A stretch of DNA of 64,000 bases from Eubacteriales bacterium (GCA_045643285.1 JAZUKN010000014.1:7772-71771); one strand, 5' to 3'; positions 8,750-18,496 are shown, counted from the first letter of the stretch. Notes: generated by a model not told the origin, from the sequence alone. Program-made: numbers and translations.

Positions 8750-9895
8750 TTATTTGTCCTCAAGTCTCTTTATGTATGCTCTGCGTCTCTTGTGCTGAAC
8801 TGCCGTGAACCGCTTCCACTGGTTGATGATCGACGCATTGTCAACAAGGTTCAGATTTGTTTCCGCGTATTCCACGCCGTCTTCTTTAAGCATACGGATA
8901 AGCTGTGCGCAGATCACAGTGCTGACACCGCGGTTGAGGTATTCGGGATCGACGCCGACCAGTCCGAGGTCGATTATCTTCGGCTTCTTCACGGCTTTCA
9001 GAACGCGGAGCAGGGCAAGGGGAGTGAGCTTGCCGTCCGACTTTTGCAGTGCGCGCGCGAGGGACGGGAAGCATATTCCGAGGCAGACGAGCTTGTCGTT
9101 TTCGTCAACGATGACGGCGACGTGCTTGAGATCGATTATGAGCTTGAAGTTGTCCTCCATCATCTTTATCATACCGGGAGTGAACGGTACAGTGCCGTAG
9201 ATATCCTTGTACGCCACGTCGAGCAGTTCAAAGAACTTCGCGCCGTATTTATCGAGGAAGTCTTTCACGTTTTTTGCTTCCCCGAAGCGGAGATTGTACC
9301 GCTTCATAACGAAATCAGCCATTTTTTCCATCGAGCCGTCGTCGTTTTCGGGAAGCGTGAGCTTGAATTCCACCCATTCGACTTCCTTTTCGTAGCCATT
9401 CGATGTGATGAGCTTTTCATAGTAGGGGAAGTTGTACTGCTCCTCAAAGGTCGACAGCTCGTCAAAGCCCTCAACGAGAAGACCTTCTCTTTCAAGATCG
9501 GAGAAGCCGAGCGGACCGCATACGGTGTCCATACCGAGCGAGCGCGCCCATTTTTCGACCTCCGCGAAGAGTGCATTTGCGACTTCCGCGTCGTCTATCG
9601 AATCGAATCTGTCAAAACGCACACGCTTTTCGCCCGTTTTTTCGTTAGATGCGGTCTGTAAAATGCCCTGTATCCTGCCGACGACTTCGTCTTTTCCCGT
9701 CTGTTCGTTTACGCGGTACGCGAGCCAGAACGCCGTTTTGCAGGTGTCGTTGTAGACGAAATCGTCGCGGAACATCTTCTTTTCGTCGGAGTAGAGCGGC
9801 GGAACGAAGCAGTTGTTGCCTTTATATAGTCTGAGCGGGAAGTCGATGAACTCTTTCTGCTGTTTTTTTGTTTTTACTTCAACAATGTTTATCAT
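8750..9895 (-). CDS. GNAT-fold acyltransferase-like protein, uncharacterised family
   Basis: ORF 8750..9922. ATG 9895 has an AAAGGAAG RBS. C-terminal GVDPEYLNRGVSTVICAQL resembles the acetyl-CoA binding motif. Confidence 0.5.
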   Translation of the reverse strand: MINIVEVKTKKQQKEFIDFPLRLYKGNNCFVPPLYSDEKKMFRDDFVYNDTCKTAFWLAYRVNEQTGKDEVVGRIQGILQTASNEKTGEKRVRFDRFDSIDDAEVANALFAEVEKWARSLGMDTVCGPLGFSDLEREGLLVEGFDELSTFEEQYNFPYYEKLITSNGYEKEVEWVEFKLTLPENDDGSMEKMADFVMKRYNLRFGEAKNVKDFLDKYGAKFFELLDVAYKDIYGTVPFTPGMIKMMEDNFKLIIDLKHVAVIVDENDKLVCLGICFPSLARALQKSDGKLTPLALLRVLKAVKKPKIIDLGLVGVDPEYLNRGVSTVICAQLIRMLKEDGVEYAETNLNLVDNASIINQWKRFTAVQHKRRRAYIKRLEDK

Positions 9896-9922
9896 TTTTC
9901 GTTCTTCCTTTCGGAAATTCAT

Positions 9923-10792
9923 TTATCTATGTACGCAGTGGAACGCGATACCTGCGCCGTCCGGTCCGCAGTGGCTTCCGATAGTCGGATTTGTTAAGGT
10001 CGTTTCAATGTTCAGCCCGTCTCCGAACTTTTCGATCAGTGCGGCTTTTATTTCGTCTGCTATTTCGGGCGCGTCGGTGTGTCCGATTATTATACGGTGG
10101 TTCTTTATGTCGTCGCCTAACTCTTCGACGTACGAAACGAGTTTGTCTATCGCTTTAGCGCGTCCTTTTTCCTTGCCTATAGAGGTCATTTTGCCGTCGT
10201 CACCGACGTAGATGATCGGTCTGATGCCGAGCAGTGTACCCATTGTGCCGGCGAGTCCCGAAACACGTCCGCTTCTCTTGAAGAACTTGAGATCGTCCGC
10301 GAAGAAGTACATTGTGTAGTGGTTGACTTCGTCTTCGGCGTATTTTACGATCTCTTCAGCAGATTTGCCTGCCTTGTAGAGATCGCCTACTTCTTCGACT
10401 ATTGCAAGGGAGAGCGCGGAAATGCCCTTTGTATCGACTGTGTAGAACTTGCGTCCGGGGTATTCAGCGAGCAGTTTTTCGACGGCTTTGTCCATGGCGT
10501 CGAGAGATGCGGTCATCGCACGGGAAAGAGAAACGTAGAGAATATCGTCGCCGTCTGCGAAAACGGGCTCAAACGCCGATATGTACGCTTCCTCACCTAT
10601 AGCGCTTGTCGTCGGGATCGTACCTTCGCGGAGCATATCGTAGAATGAACGGAAGTCGAAAGTGTCGCTGTCCGCGTAAGGGCATACGGTTTCTCCGTCG
10701 ACCGAGTAGGGCATACTGATTATCTTGTAGCCGAACTCCTTGGCGAGGGCAGGCGTGATGTCGGTATCTGTGTCAGTAAAAAGAACGAGCAT
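9923..10792 (-). CDS. DegV family fatty-acid-binding protein
   Basis: 289 aa. MLVLFTDTDTDITPALAKEFGYKIISMPY... and overall DegV/EDD-fold sequence. Confidence 0.85.
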   Translation of the reverse strand: MLVLFTDTDTDITPALAKEFGYKIISMPYSVDGETVCPYADSDTFDFRSFYDMLREGTIPTTSAIGEEAYISAFEPVFADGDDILYVSLSRAMTASLDAMDKAVEKLLAEYPGRKFYTVDTKGISALSLAIVEEVGDLYKAGKSAEEIVKYAEDEVNHYTMYFFADDLKFFKRSGRVSGLAGTMGTLLGIRPIIYVGDDGKMTSIGKEKGRAKAIDKLVSYVEELGDDIKNHRIIIGHTDAPEIADEIKAALIEKFGDGLNIETTLTNPTIGSHCGPDGAGIAFHCVHR

Positions 10793-10836
10793 TGTTTTGT
10801 CTCCTTAAATTATTTTATTTTTCTTATCCGGTGTTG

Positions 10837-11373
10837 TCAGGCAGTGGTTTTATTTTTCGTTTTTTTCTTGTCGTAGATGAAGCGGATGCGGTCGGTGAGT
10901 ATCATACCGACGGCCATTGAGAGGCTGTCCGCGACGAACGCCACGAGATTTCTGATAACCTTTATCTCAAACGGGAGCGAGAAAAGGAAGCATTCCATTA
11001 AGGTTTTTACGAGGACTATTCCGACTGCTACGGAAAGAACGGCGGCGATTATCCTGAGTATAAGGTTTTTCGTGAGATATTTGCACACATATCCCGTTAT
11101 CAGTCCGATTATCAGATTTCCGACGAACCAGCTTATCGAAAAGCCGTACGCCGAGAGGAGCATACTCTCAAAACCGCAGCCTACCGCTCCGACGAATGCG
11201 CCCCACGGACCGTACAGTATACATCCGGCGGCGAGCGCGATATATCCGAGGTCGATGCGGATATTGCCGATAAGTATGAACTTCATAAAGAAGCTGAGAA
11301 CGCAGTAGAGTGCTGTGATCATCGCAATACCGCAGACGCTTCTGAGATTCATACGCTTTGTTTTCGTTGCCAT
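10837..11373 (-). CDS. ECF-transporter S-component-like membrane protein
   Basis: 178 aa with about 5-6 hydrophobic helices and a small-S-component-like layout. Substrate unknown. Confidence 0.45.
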   Translation of the reverse strand: MATKTKRMNLRSVCGIAMITALYCVLSFFMKFILIGNIRIDLGYIALAAGCILYGPWGAFVGAVGCGFESMLLSAYGFSISWFVGNLIIGLITGYVCKYLTKNLILRIIAAVLSVAVGIVLVKTLMECFLFSLPFEIKVIRNLVAFVADSLSMAVGMILTDRIRFIYDKKKTKNKTTA

Positions 11374-11400
11374 TTTGTTTCCTTTCGGGGATCGGTAGTG

Positions 11401-13047
11401 TTATTCGAGGATCAAAATATAGTCGTAGACGGGCTGACCGCCGTTTATCATTATGACTTCCGTGCGGCGGTATTTGTCTTTCAGATATTTGTAGAGCGCG
11501 TCTGCGTCTTCGTCTGTCGCTTCTGCACCGCAGAGGATGAGCGCGATATCGTATTTTCCGCATCCGAGCGAATCGGCAAGCGACTCAGCCGTCATAAGAC
11601 AGCTCTCGGAATCGACGTAGATCTTTCCGCCCGAAAAACCGATGTAATCGCCTTTTCTGACGCTTACGCCGTCTTTTTCGGTGTCGCGTGAGGCGTGAGA
11701 GACCATACCCGTAACAACGCCGGAGATGACGTCTTTCATTTCTTCGATAATTGCATCGGTGTCGCCGGACGAAGTGTCGAGCATTGATACAGCCGCGTAG
11801 CCCTCACCGACGGTTTTCGACGGGATGACGCGCACGTCTGATTTTTCGTACAGGGACGCCGCCTGTTCAGCCGCCATTATTATATTTGAGTTATTCGGGA
11901 AGACGAGCAGTGTGTCGGCGTTTATTTCGGAGAATGCTTTTATAAAGTCTTCGGCTGAGGGATTCATCGACTGTCCGCCGTCGACTACCGCGTCGCATCC
12001 GAGAGATGAGAACGTTTTTTTCAGCCCGTCCCCTGCGGCAACTGCGACGATACCGTATTTCTTTTTCGGCTTCAGGGACGGCGGAGTGTAGCCGCTCTTG
12101 ACCTTCGCTTCGTTGTGTTCGAGCGCCATATTTTCGATTTTCAGCGTCAGAAATTCACCGTACTGCTGGCAGTGGGTGAGAACGTCGCCGGGAGTCATGG
12201 TGTGAACGTGGACCTTTACGACTGAGCCTTCGCGGAAGATGACGAGCGAGTTACCGACGCTGTTAAGGTATTCTTCAAGCGGCTTGATGTCGAACGAGTC
12301 AATGTCGACCTTGGCGCGCTGTAATCTCAGCAGAAACTCCGTGCAGTAACCGTATTCGAGAACGCTGTCCTCGGTGAAAAGCGAAATATCGGCGACTTTT
12401 GCGTCCTCGTCCGATGTGCTGTCACTGACGGCGAAGCTGCCGCGAAGAGCGTTTTTCATCCCTTCGAGAATGTACACGAATCCCGCACCGCCGCTGTCGA
12501 CGACGCCTGCTTCTTTGAGGACTGCGAGCAGTGACGGCGTTTTCTCAAGAGAAACGCGCGCTTCGTCGTTCAGTCGGTCAATAAAGGTTTCGACAGTGCT
12601 TTCGGCGTCAAGGGAAGCGAGTGCCGCGCCTACAGATTCTCTGCAAACCGTGAGAACTGTCCCCTCTACCGGCTTTGCGACGGCGGAATATGCCTCTTTT
12701 ACTCCTCCCTCAAGCGCGTGAGCGAACGAGAGAACGTCGGCGGAATCAAGCCCGTCGAGCGACTTCGAGATGCCCGAGAAGAAGCGCGAGAGGAAGACTC
12801 CCGAATTTCCACGTGCGCCGAGCAGCATTCCGCGTGCGGCAGTCTGTGCGGCAGACGAGAGGGAGCGAGTCATATTTGATTTCAGCTCGGACGCGCCCGA
12901 ATTTATCGTCATGAACATATTGTCTCCCGTGTCTCCGTCGGGAACGGGGAAGACGTTCAGCTCATTTACGGTTTTTCGGTTGGCGCGAAGATTTGCCGCG
13001 CCGCCTGTTATCATATCGGAAAAAATCTTTCCGTCAATTCTGTTCAT
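11401..13047 (-). CDS. yloV: DAK2 domain fusion protein YloV
   Basis: 548 aa. N-terminal Dak2 motif NVFPVPDGDTGDNM and YloV-type C-terminal domain. Confidence 0.85.
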   Translation of the reverse strand: MNRIDGKIFSDMITGGAANLRANRKTVNELNVFPVPDGDTGDNMFMTINSGASELKSNMTRSLSSAAQTAARGMLLGARGNSGVFLSRFFSGISKSLDGLDSADVLSFAHALEGGVKEAYSAVAKPVEGTVLTVCRESVGAALASLDAESTVETFIDRLNDEARVSLEKTPSLLAVLKEAGVVDSGGAGFVYILEGMKNALRGSFAVSDSTSDEDAKVADISLFTEDSVLEYGYCTEFLLRLQRAKVDIDSFDIKPLEEYLNSVGNSLVIFREGSVVKVHVHTMTPGDVLTHCQQYGEFLTLKIENMALEHNEAKVKSGYTPPSLKPKKKYGIVAVAAGDGLKKTFSSLGCDAVVDGGQSMNPSAEDFIKAFSEINADTLLVFPNNSNIIMAAEQAASLYEKSDVRVIPSKTVGEGYAAVSMLDTSSGDTDAIIEEMKDVISGVVTGMVSHASRDTEKDGVSVRKGDYIGFSGGKIYVDSESCLMTAESLADSLGCGKYDIALILCGAEATDEDADALYKYLKDKYRRTEVIMINGGQPVYDYILILE

Positions 13048-13063
13048 ATCGGTTGTCTTCTCC

Positions 13064-14152
13064 TTATGTTGTCAGACGGTGCCCGATAGCATCCGTGATT
13101 TTTCCGACGATCTTTTCCGCGCTGTCGGCTGAGACCGTCGCCTGCTGTATTTTCTTCATTCTTTCGGAAACAGCACTGTTTTCGAGTAGCCGTTTTGCTT
13201 TGTTCACCGCGTCGCGCACGTCAAAGCCCTTTAGAGCCATTTCGTGAGACGAGAAGAACTCCGCCGTTTTGTCAAATCCGCTCTTCGGCGTGATGTGTAC
13301 GAGCGGGACCGCGCTGACTGCCGCCTCCGCCGATATTATCCCGACGGGACGGGACAGCACGACGTCCGCCGCTTCCATATATATGTTGATCTTTTCGGTG
13401 TACGTCACGATGCGGATCTTTTTATCGCCGAGGTAGCGTTCGCTCAGCTCGTCGAGTGTGTCGCTTTCCCGTCCGCAGAGGCAGTAGACCGAGTAGTCGC
13501 CGTCTTCGGTGCGCGCGATGCTGTCGCAGATCTCTTCGGCGTTTTTCGCGCTCATGCCGGACGCAAGCACAAGATAGACCTTCTGTTTTTCGGGGATGAC
13601 GAGGTATTTTCTTGCCGCACGCCGCCCGAGCCGCTTCTTGAATTTCATCGGCACGGGAACGCCGAACACCGTTATTTTTTCCTCCGGCACGTTCTTTGCG
13701 ATCAGCTCGCCTCGCAGTGATTCGTGAGGAATGAAGTACGTGTCAAACGGCGCGTTTTCGTTCACGTCCGGGCAGGTGTAGTCCGTCAGAACGGCGTAGA
13801 ACGGTGCGGAAGTGTAGTACCCCGTCAGAGTTTCCGTGACGGCTTTGTCGGCGGAGATAACTGCGTCAAATCCGCTGTTTTCGATACATTCGTTAAGATT
13901 TTTGACAAAATTCGACGCAGGGAAGAACGCGCCGACGTCTTTTCCGCGCATTTTCTTTGCGCCTCTTATGACCGACATCGCGCCCGGTATCCGCTTTATG
14001 AGCTTTGAATACGGTATCTTTCCGTCGACAGTGAAGACGCACGGATCGGCAAGAACGCACTCTATTCCGGCGTTTGTCGCAGCATCGCACACGGCGGCGG
14101 CAACACTGTCGCGGTCGGTCGCAAAATCGCTGCTGAGTATCAGAAATTTCAT
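13064..14152 (-). CDS. MGDG-synthase/UgtP-like (GT28) diacylglycerol glycosyltransferase
   Basis: 362 aa. N-terminal MGDG_synth-like and C-terminal GT1/GT28-like halves. Lipid-gene neighbourhood. Confidence 0.6.
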   Translation of the reverse strand: MKFLILSSDFATDRDSVAAAVCDAATNAGIECVLADPCVFTVDGKIPYSKLIKRIPGAMSVIRGAKKMRGKDVGAFFPASNFVKNLNECIENSGFDAVISADKAVTETLTGYYTSAPFYAVLTDYTCPDVNENAPFDTYFIPHESLRGELIAKNVPEEKITVFGVPVPMKFKKRLGRRAARKYLVIPEKQKVYLVLASGMSAKNAEEICDSIARTEDGDYSVYCLCGRESDTLDELSERYLGDKKIRIVTYTEKINIYMEAADVVLSRPVGIISAEAAVSAVPLVHITPKSGFDKTAEFFSSHEMALKGFDVRDAVNKAKRLLENSAVSERMKKIQQATVSADSAEKIVGKITDAIGHRLTT

Positions 14153-14183
14153 ATCTATGACTATACCTTTCTATGCGAAAGTA

Positions 14184-14213
14184 TTGACTTTTTACACACA
14201 TGTGTATTATAAT
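14184..14213 (+). promoter_or_regulatory. Promoter TTGACT-18-TATAAT for the tetR/dtxR pair; spacer contains the palindrome ACACATGTGT
   Basis: ttgactttttacacacatgtgtattataat. A second inverted repeat tgtgta-N6-tacaca at 14283-14300 is a candidate operator. Confidence 0.5.
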
Positions 14214-14349
14214 CTATCTGCATATCAAATCCAATGGACAACATACGGCTTATATGTTCGGATTGCCACACAAAACGAACAGTGTGTATATTATTACACA
14301 GATTTGTCGAAATTTGTTGCATAAATTCCGCTGAACGGGGAAGAAACTT

Positions 14350-14940
14350 ATGGATCAAAACGAGAAAAAAATCGACCGACGGGTTGTGAAGACGAAAAAA
14401 GCGATAAAAAATGCGTTCGCGCGTCTGCTGACCGAAAAAGATATCAACGATATCACGATCAGCAATATCGCTGACTACGCCGACGTGAACCGCAAGACGT
14501 TCTACAATTACTACAGAGGCGTTTACGACGTCGTCGACGAGATCGAGAACGATATAATAAATCGGATAGACGCGGCACTCAGCGGGGCGGACGTGGCAGG
14601 AGAGATCGACAATCCGTACATCGTTTTCGAGAAGCTGACTGAGGTCATCAACACGGATATGGACTTTTTCGGAGTATTGCTGTCGATGAACGGCAACGTC
14701 TCGCTTGTGACGAAGATCACGGGACTTGTCAAGGAAAAGGCGAAAACCGCGCTTCAAGGCTCGACCGGTATGGATGAAAGACGACTCTCGACTGTGCTTG
14801 ATTTCACGATCTCCGGCATGATGGCGGTGTATCAGCAGTGGTTCAATTCGGACAGAACGCAGTCGATAGACGAAATATCGGAAGTGATAGGCTCAGTCGT
14901 AAGCCACGGGATCGGCGGAGCAGGTGAGGTGAGATTATGA
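14350..14940 (+). CDS. TetR/AcrR family transcriptional regulator
   Basis: 196 aa. N-terminal HTH RRVVKTKKAIKNAFARLLTEKDINDITISNIADYADVNRKTFYNYY. Confidence 0.85.
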   Translation: MDQNEKKIDRRVVKTKKAIKNAFARLLTEKDINDITISNIADYADVNRKTFYNYYRGVYDVVDEIENDIINRIDAALSGADVAGEIDNPYIVFEKLTEVINTDMDFFGVLLSMNGNVSLVTKITGLVKEKAKTALQGSTGMDERRLSTVLDFTISGMMAVYQQWFNSDRTQSIDEISEVIGSVVSHGIGGAGEVRL

Positions 14941-15314
14941 GCAGTACGAAAAAGCTGATGGAATCCGGGCAGATGTATCTTGAAACGATCCTTGTGCTGA
15001 CCGAAAAGAACGGTCAGGTGCGCTCGATAGACGTGTGCGACGAAATGGGCTACTCGAAGCCGTCGGTCAGCCGCGCAGTGTCGAAATTGAAGACGGACGG
15101 ATATATAACAGTCGACGGCGGCGGATATATCACGCTGACGGATAGCGGACGGACGGTAGCCGAGAAAATATACGAGCGGCATACGGTGCTGACGGAGTTT
15201 ATCGCACGGCTTGGAGTCTCACGCGAAACGGCGGCAGAGGACGCGTGCAAGATCGAACACGACATAAGCGACGAGACTTTTGAAGCGATGAAAAAACACG
15301 TCAAATTGAAGTAA
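14937..15314 (+). CDS. DtxR/MntR family metal-dependent transcriptional regulator
   Basis: 125 aa. MYLETILVL...IDVCDEMGYSKPSVSRAVSKLKTDGYI...ERHTVLTEFI. Its ATG overlaps the TetR stop (ATGA at 14937-14940). Confidence 0.8.
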   Translation: MSSTKKLMESGQMYLETILVLTEKNGQVRSIDVCDEMGYSKPSVSRAVSKLKTDGYITVDGGGYITLTDSGRTVAEKIYERHTVLTEFIARLGVSRETAAEDACKIEHDISDETFEAMKKHVKLK

Positions 15315-15640
15315 GAAGTAATAGTGAATAGGGAAGAAGTAGACAAAGTGAGCGAAAATATTGCATTTTCTTTGTAACAAAGGGGTTCAACCGAGATGCG
15401 GAGCATCTCGACGACTTCGTTTACGAAGTCGGTAGGCGTGAATTGGACGAAGTCCCTTCCCCCTAAGCGCGGTGATTCACAAGAGCGTCGCGGTACGCTC
15501 TTGTGCGCCGTCCGCGTAGGACATCCCACGAACCCAAACGTTAGGTTTGGATAAATTCTGCGGCAGGAGTAAACCCCTGCCCTACAGATGCGGAATGTTA
15601 TATCGTGCGAATCCGTGAGATTTGTGCAAGTTAAAGAAAA
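15306..15640. repeat. Mosaic hairpin repeat, copy 2 (tail overlaps the DtxR-like gene stop; head ends at 15587)
   Basis: Starts ttgaagtaagaagtaatagtgaatag..gaagtagacaaag. Continues ctttgtaacaaagggg, gagatgcggagcatctc, gacttcgtttacgaagtc, gtgattcacaagagcg..cgctcttgtgcgcc, aacccaaacgttaggtttgg, cggcaggagtaaacccctgccctacag. Confidence 0.85.
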
Positions 15641-15720
15641 GTGAAGTATGCGCTTCGCGCAAGTGAAGTTGCCAAAGGCAGTGAAGTTACGCTTCGCGTA
15701 GTGAAGTTTGCGCTTCGCGC
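15641..15720 (+). repeat. Mini-hairpin array A: 4 units of ~20 nt (constant GTGAAGT spacer plus variable triloop palindrome)
   Basis: gtgaagta-tgcgcttcgcgca / agtgaagt-tgccaaaggca / gtgaagtt-acgcttcgcgt / agtgaagttt-gcgcttcgcgc. Ends 25 nt before the activase gene start. Confidence 0.85.
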
Positions 15721-15747
15721 AAGTTTTGGAAAGGAGACACACCCGTG

Positions 15748-16647
15748 ATGTCCGGCAACGTTTTTTCGATAGAACGCTTTTCTTCCCATGACGGACCCGG
15801 GATCCGTACCGTGGTTTTCCTCAAAGGCTGTCCGCTCTCGTGCGTCTGGTGCCACAACCCCGAAGGCATCTCGCCGAAACCGGAGCTTTCGTACACGCCG
15901 GAGCGGTGCATCTCCTGCCGAAAGTGCGCTTCCGTATGCGAAAACGGCTGCCACTCCTTTTCACCGAACGGAGAACACCGCTTTGACCGCTCGCGTTGTA
16001 TCTCCTGCGGAAAATGCGCCGATGCGTGCGTGTCAGACGCGCTCACCGTGACCGGAAAGACTATGACATTCGATGAAGTGATCGGAAAAGTCCTCGCCGA
16101 CCGCGCATTCTACGGTGAAAACGGCGGAATGACTCTCTCCGGAGGCGAGCCGCTCGCACAGCCCGAATTTGCGCTCGCTCTTCTTCGCGCCGCACGTGAA
16201 AACGGGATAAAAACCGCCGTTGAAACCTCCGGATATTGCCCTCCGGAAGTGATACGCGCCGCGTCCGAATATACCGATCTCTTTCTTTTTGACATAAAAG
16301 CGACAGGCAGGGAGCTTCACAGACGGCTGACCGGCGTGTACCCCGACGTTATCCTCTCGAATCTCGAACTGCTTTCGTCTATTGGCGCGAATACCGTTCT
16401 CCGATGTCCGATCATCCCGACGCAGAACGACAGCGAAGAGCATTTCTCGCATATCGCCGCTCTCGCAGAACGATATGAAACCGTCTCGCGCGTTGACATC
16501 GAACGATACAATCCCATGGCGTCGTCGAAGTGCAGGGCGTACGGGTATGCGGAACAGGAACGATTCCCGACTCTGACGGACGAAGAAACCGACAGGATAA
16601 TATCGTACATAAGCGCACGCACGTCGAAAAAAGTCTCCGTACCGTAA
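15748..16647 (+). CDS. Glycyl-radical enzyme activating protein (radical SAM, long form with two extra 4Fe-4S motifs)
   Basis: ORF 15745..16647 (GTG 15745 or ATG 15748). CPLSCVWCHNPE radical-SAM cluster plus CISCRKCASVCENGC and CISCGKCADAC. Confidence 0.85.
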   Translation: MSGNVFSIERFSSHDGPGIRTVVFLKGCPLSCVWCHNPEGISPKPELSYTPERCISCRKCASVCENGCHSFSPNGEHRFDRSRCISCGKCADACVSDALTVTGKTMTFDEVIGKVLADRAFYGENGGMTLSGGEPLAQPEFALALLRAARENGIKTAVETSGYCPPEVIRAASEYTDLFLFDIKATGRELHRRLTGVYPDVILSNLELLSSIGANTVLRCPIIPTQNDSEEHFSHIAALAERYETVSRVDIERYNPMASSKCRAYGYAEQERFPTLTDEETDRIISYISARTSKKVSVP

Positions 16648-16693
16648 GAAGCGATATATGATATATAAGAATTGTAAAAAATTGAAAAAATGC

Positions 16694-16722
16694 TTGACAG
16701 GCAGTGCGATTATCAATATAAT
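16694..16722 (+). promoter_or_regulatory. Perfect consensus promoter TTGACA-17-TATAAT (stand-alone ACP)
   Basis: ttgacaggcagtgcgattatcaatataat. Confidence 0.7.
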
Positions 16723-16782
16723 AGTTGTGCGGAGAAAATCCGCCTGACTAAAGAAAAACGGACTTGAAAAAGGAGAAATAAA

Positions 16783-17010
16783 ATGTTTGAAAAGGTAAAA
16801 GCGCTTCTCGTTGAAGAACTTCAGGTAAAGGCTGACGACGTTACACTTGACGCAGAGCTTGTTTCCGATCTCGGTATCAATTCTCTTGAGCTTGCAGACC
16901 TCGTTCTTCAGTGCGAAGAAAAGTTCGACGTTGAGATTTCCGACGATGACATCCGTGGCTTCATAACAGTCGGAAATGTTGTCGATTATCTTGAAAAGGT
17001 CGCAAAATAA
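16783..17010 (+). CDS. Acyl carrier protein paralog (stand-alone)
   Basis: 75 aa with LGINSLELADL Ser site. Own perfect consensus promoter (16694-16722) and terminator (17021-17051). Confidence 0.8.
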   Translation: MFEKVKALLVEELQVKADDVTLDAELVSDLGINSLELADLVLQCEEKFDVEISDDDIRGFITVGNVVDYLEKVAK

Positions 17011-17020
17011 GCTGTGTGCG

Positions 17021-17051
17021 AACGTACCGTTTTTTTCGGTGCGTTTTTTTC
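17021..17051 (+). terminator. Intrinsic terminator after the stand-alone ACP
   Basis: aacgtaccg-ttttttt-cggtgcgtt followed by tttttt. Confidence 0.6.
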
Positions 17052-17076
17052 TTCATAAAAAAGAAGGAGAGCTGAA

Positions 17077-18415
<1,339 letters not shown>

Positions 18416-18496
18416 AGATGATCGCTGCTCTGTTTTCGTATAGGGAGACTGATATGGAAGAAAACGTTGTGGACGTTTTCAAAATTCGTTTTTTAC

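Noticed and set aside
15641-15720. Possibility that the periodic arrays (15641, 52932, 63162, 63350) are small CRISPR arrays.
   Set aside because: The unit length is about 20 nt and the conserved part only 7-10 nt. The variable part is a self-complementary palindrome rather than a unique spacer. Only four units occur per array and there are no cas genes in the window.
15050-15742. ORFs running through the repeat regions: 15050..15742 (-), 15631..16046 (-), 24713..25540 (+), 53147..53635 (-), 53299..53874 (-), 54936..55448 (-), 54950..55341 (+), 63252..63743 (+), 430..788.
   Set aside because: They cross hairpin-module repeats and give periodic nonsense such as CAKRKLHYAKRNFTAFGNFTCAKR. They have no RBS and overlap real genes at their ends. 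The DNA is better explained as structured non-coding repeat.
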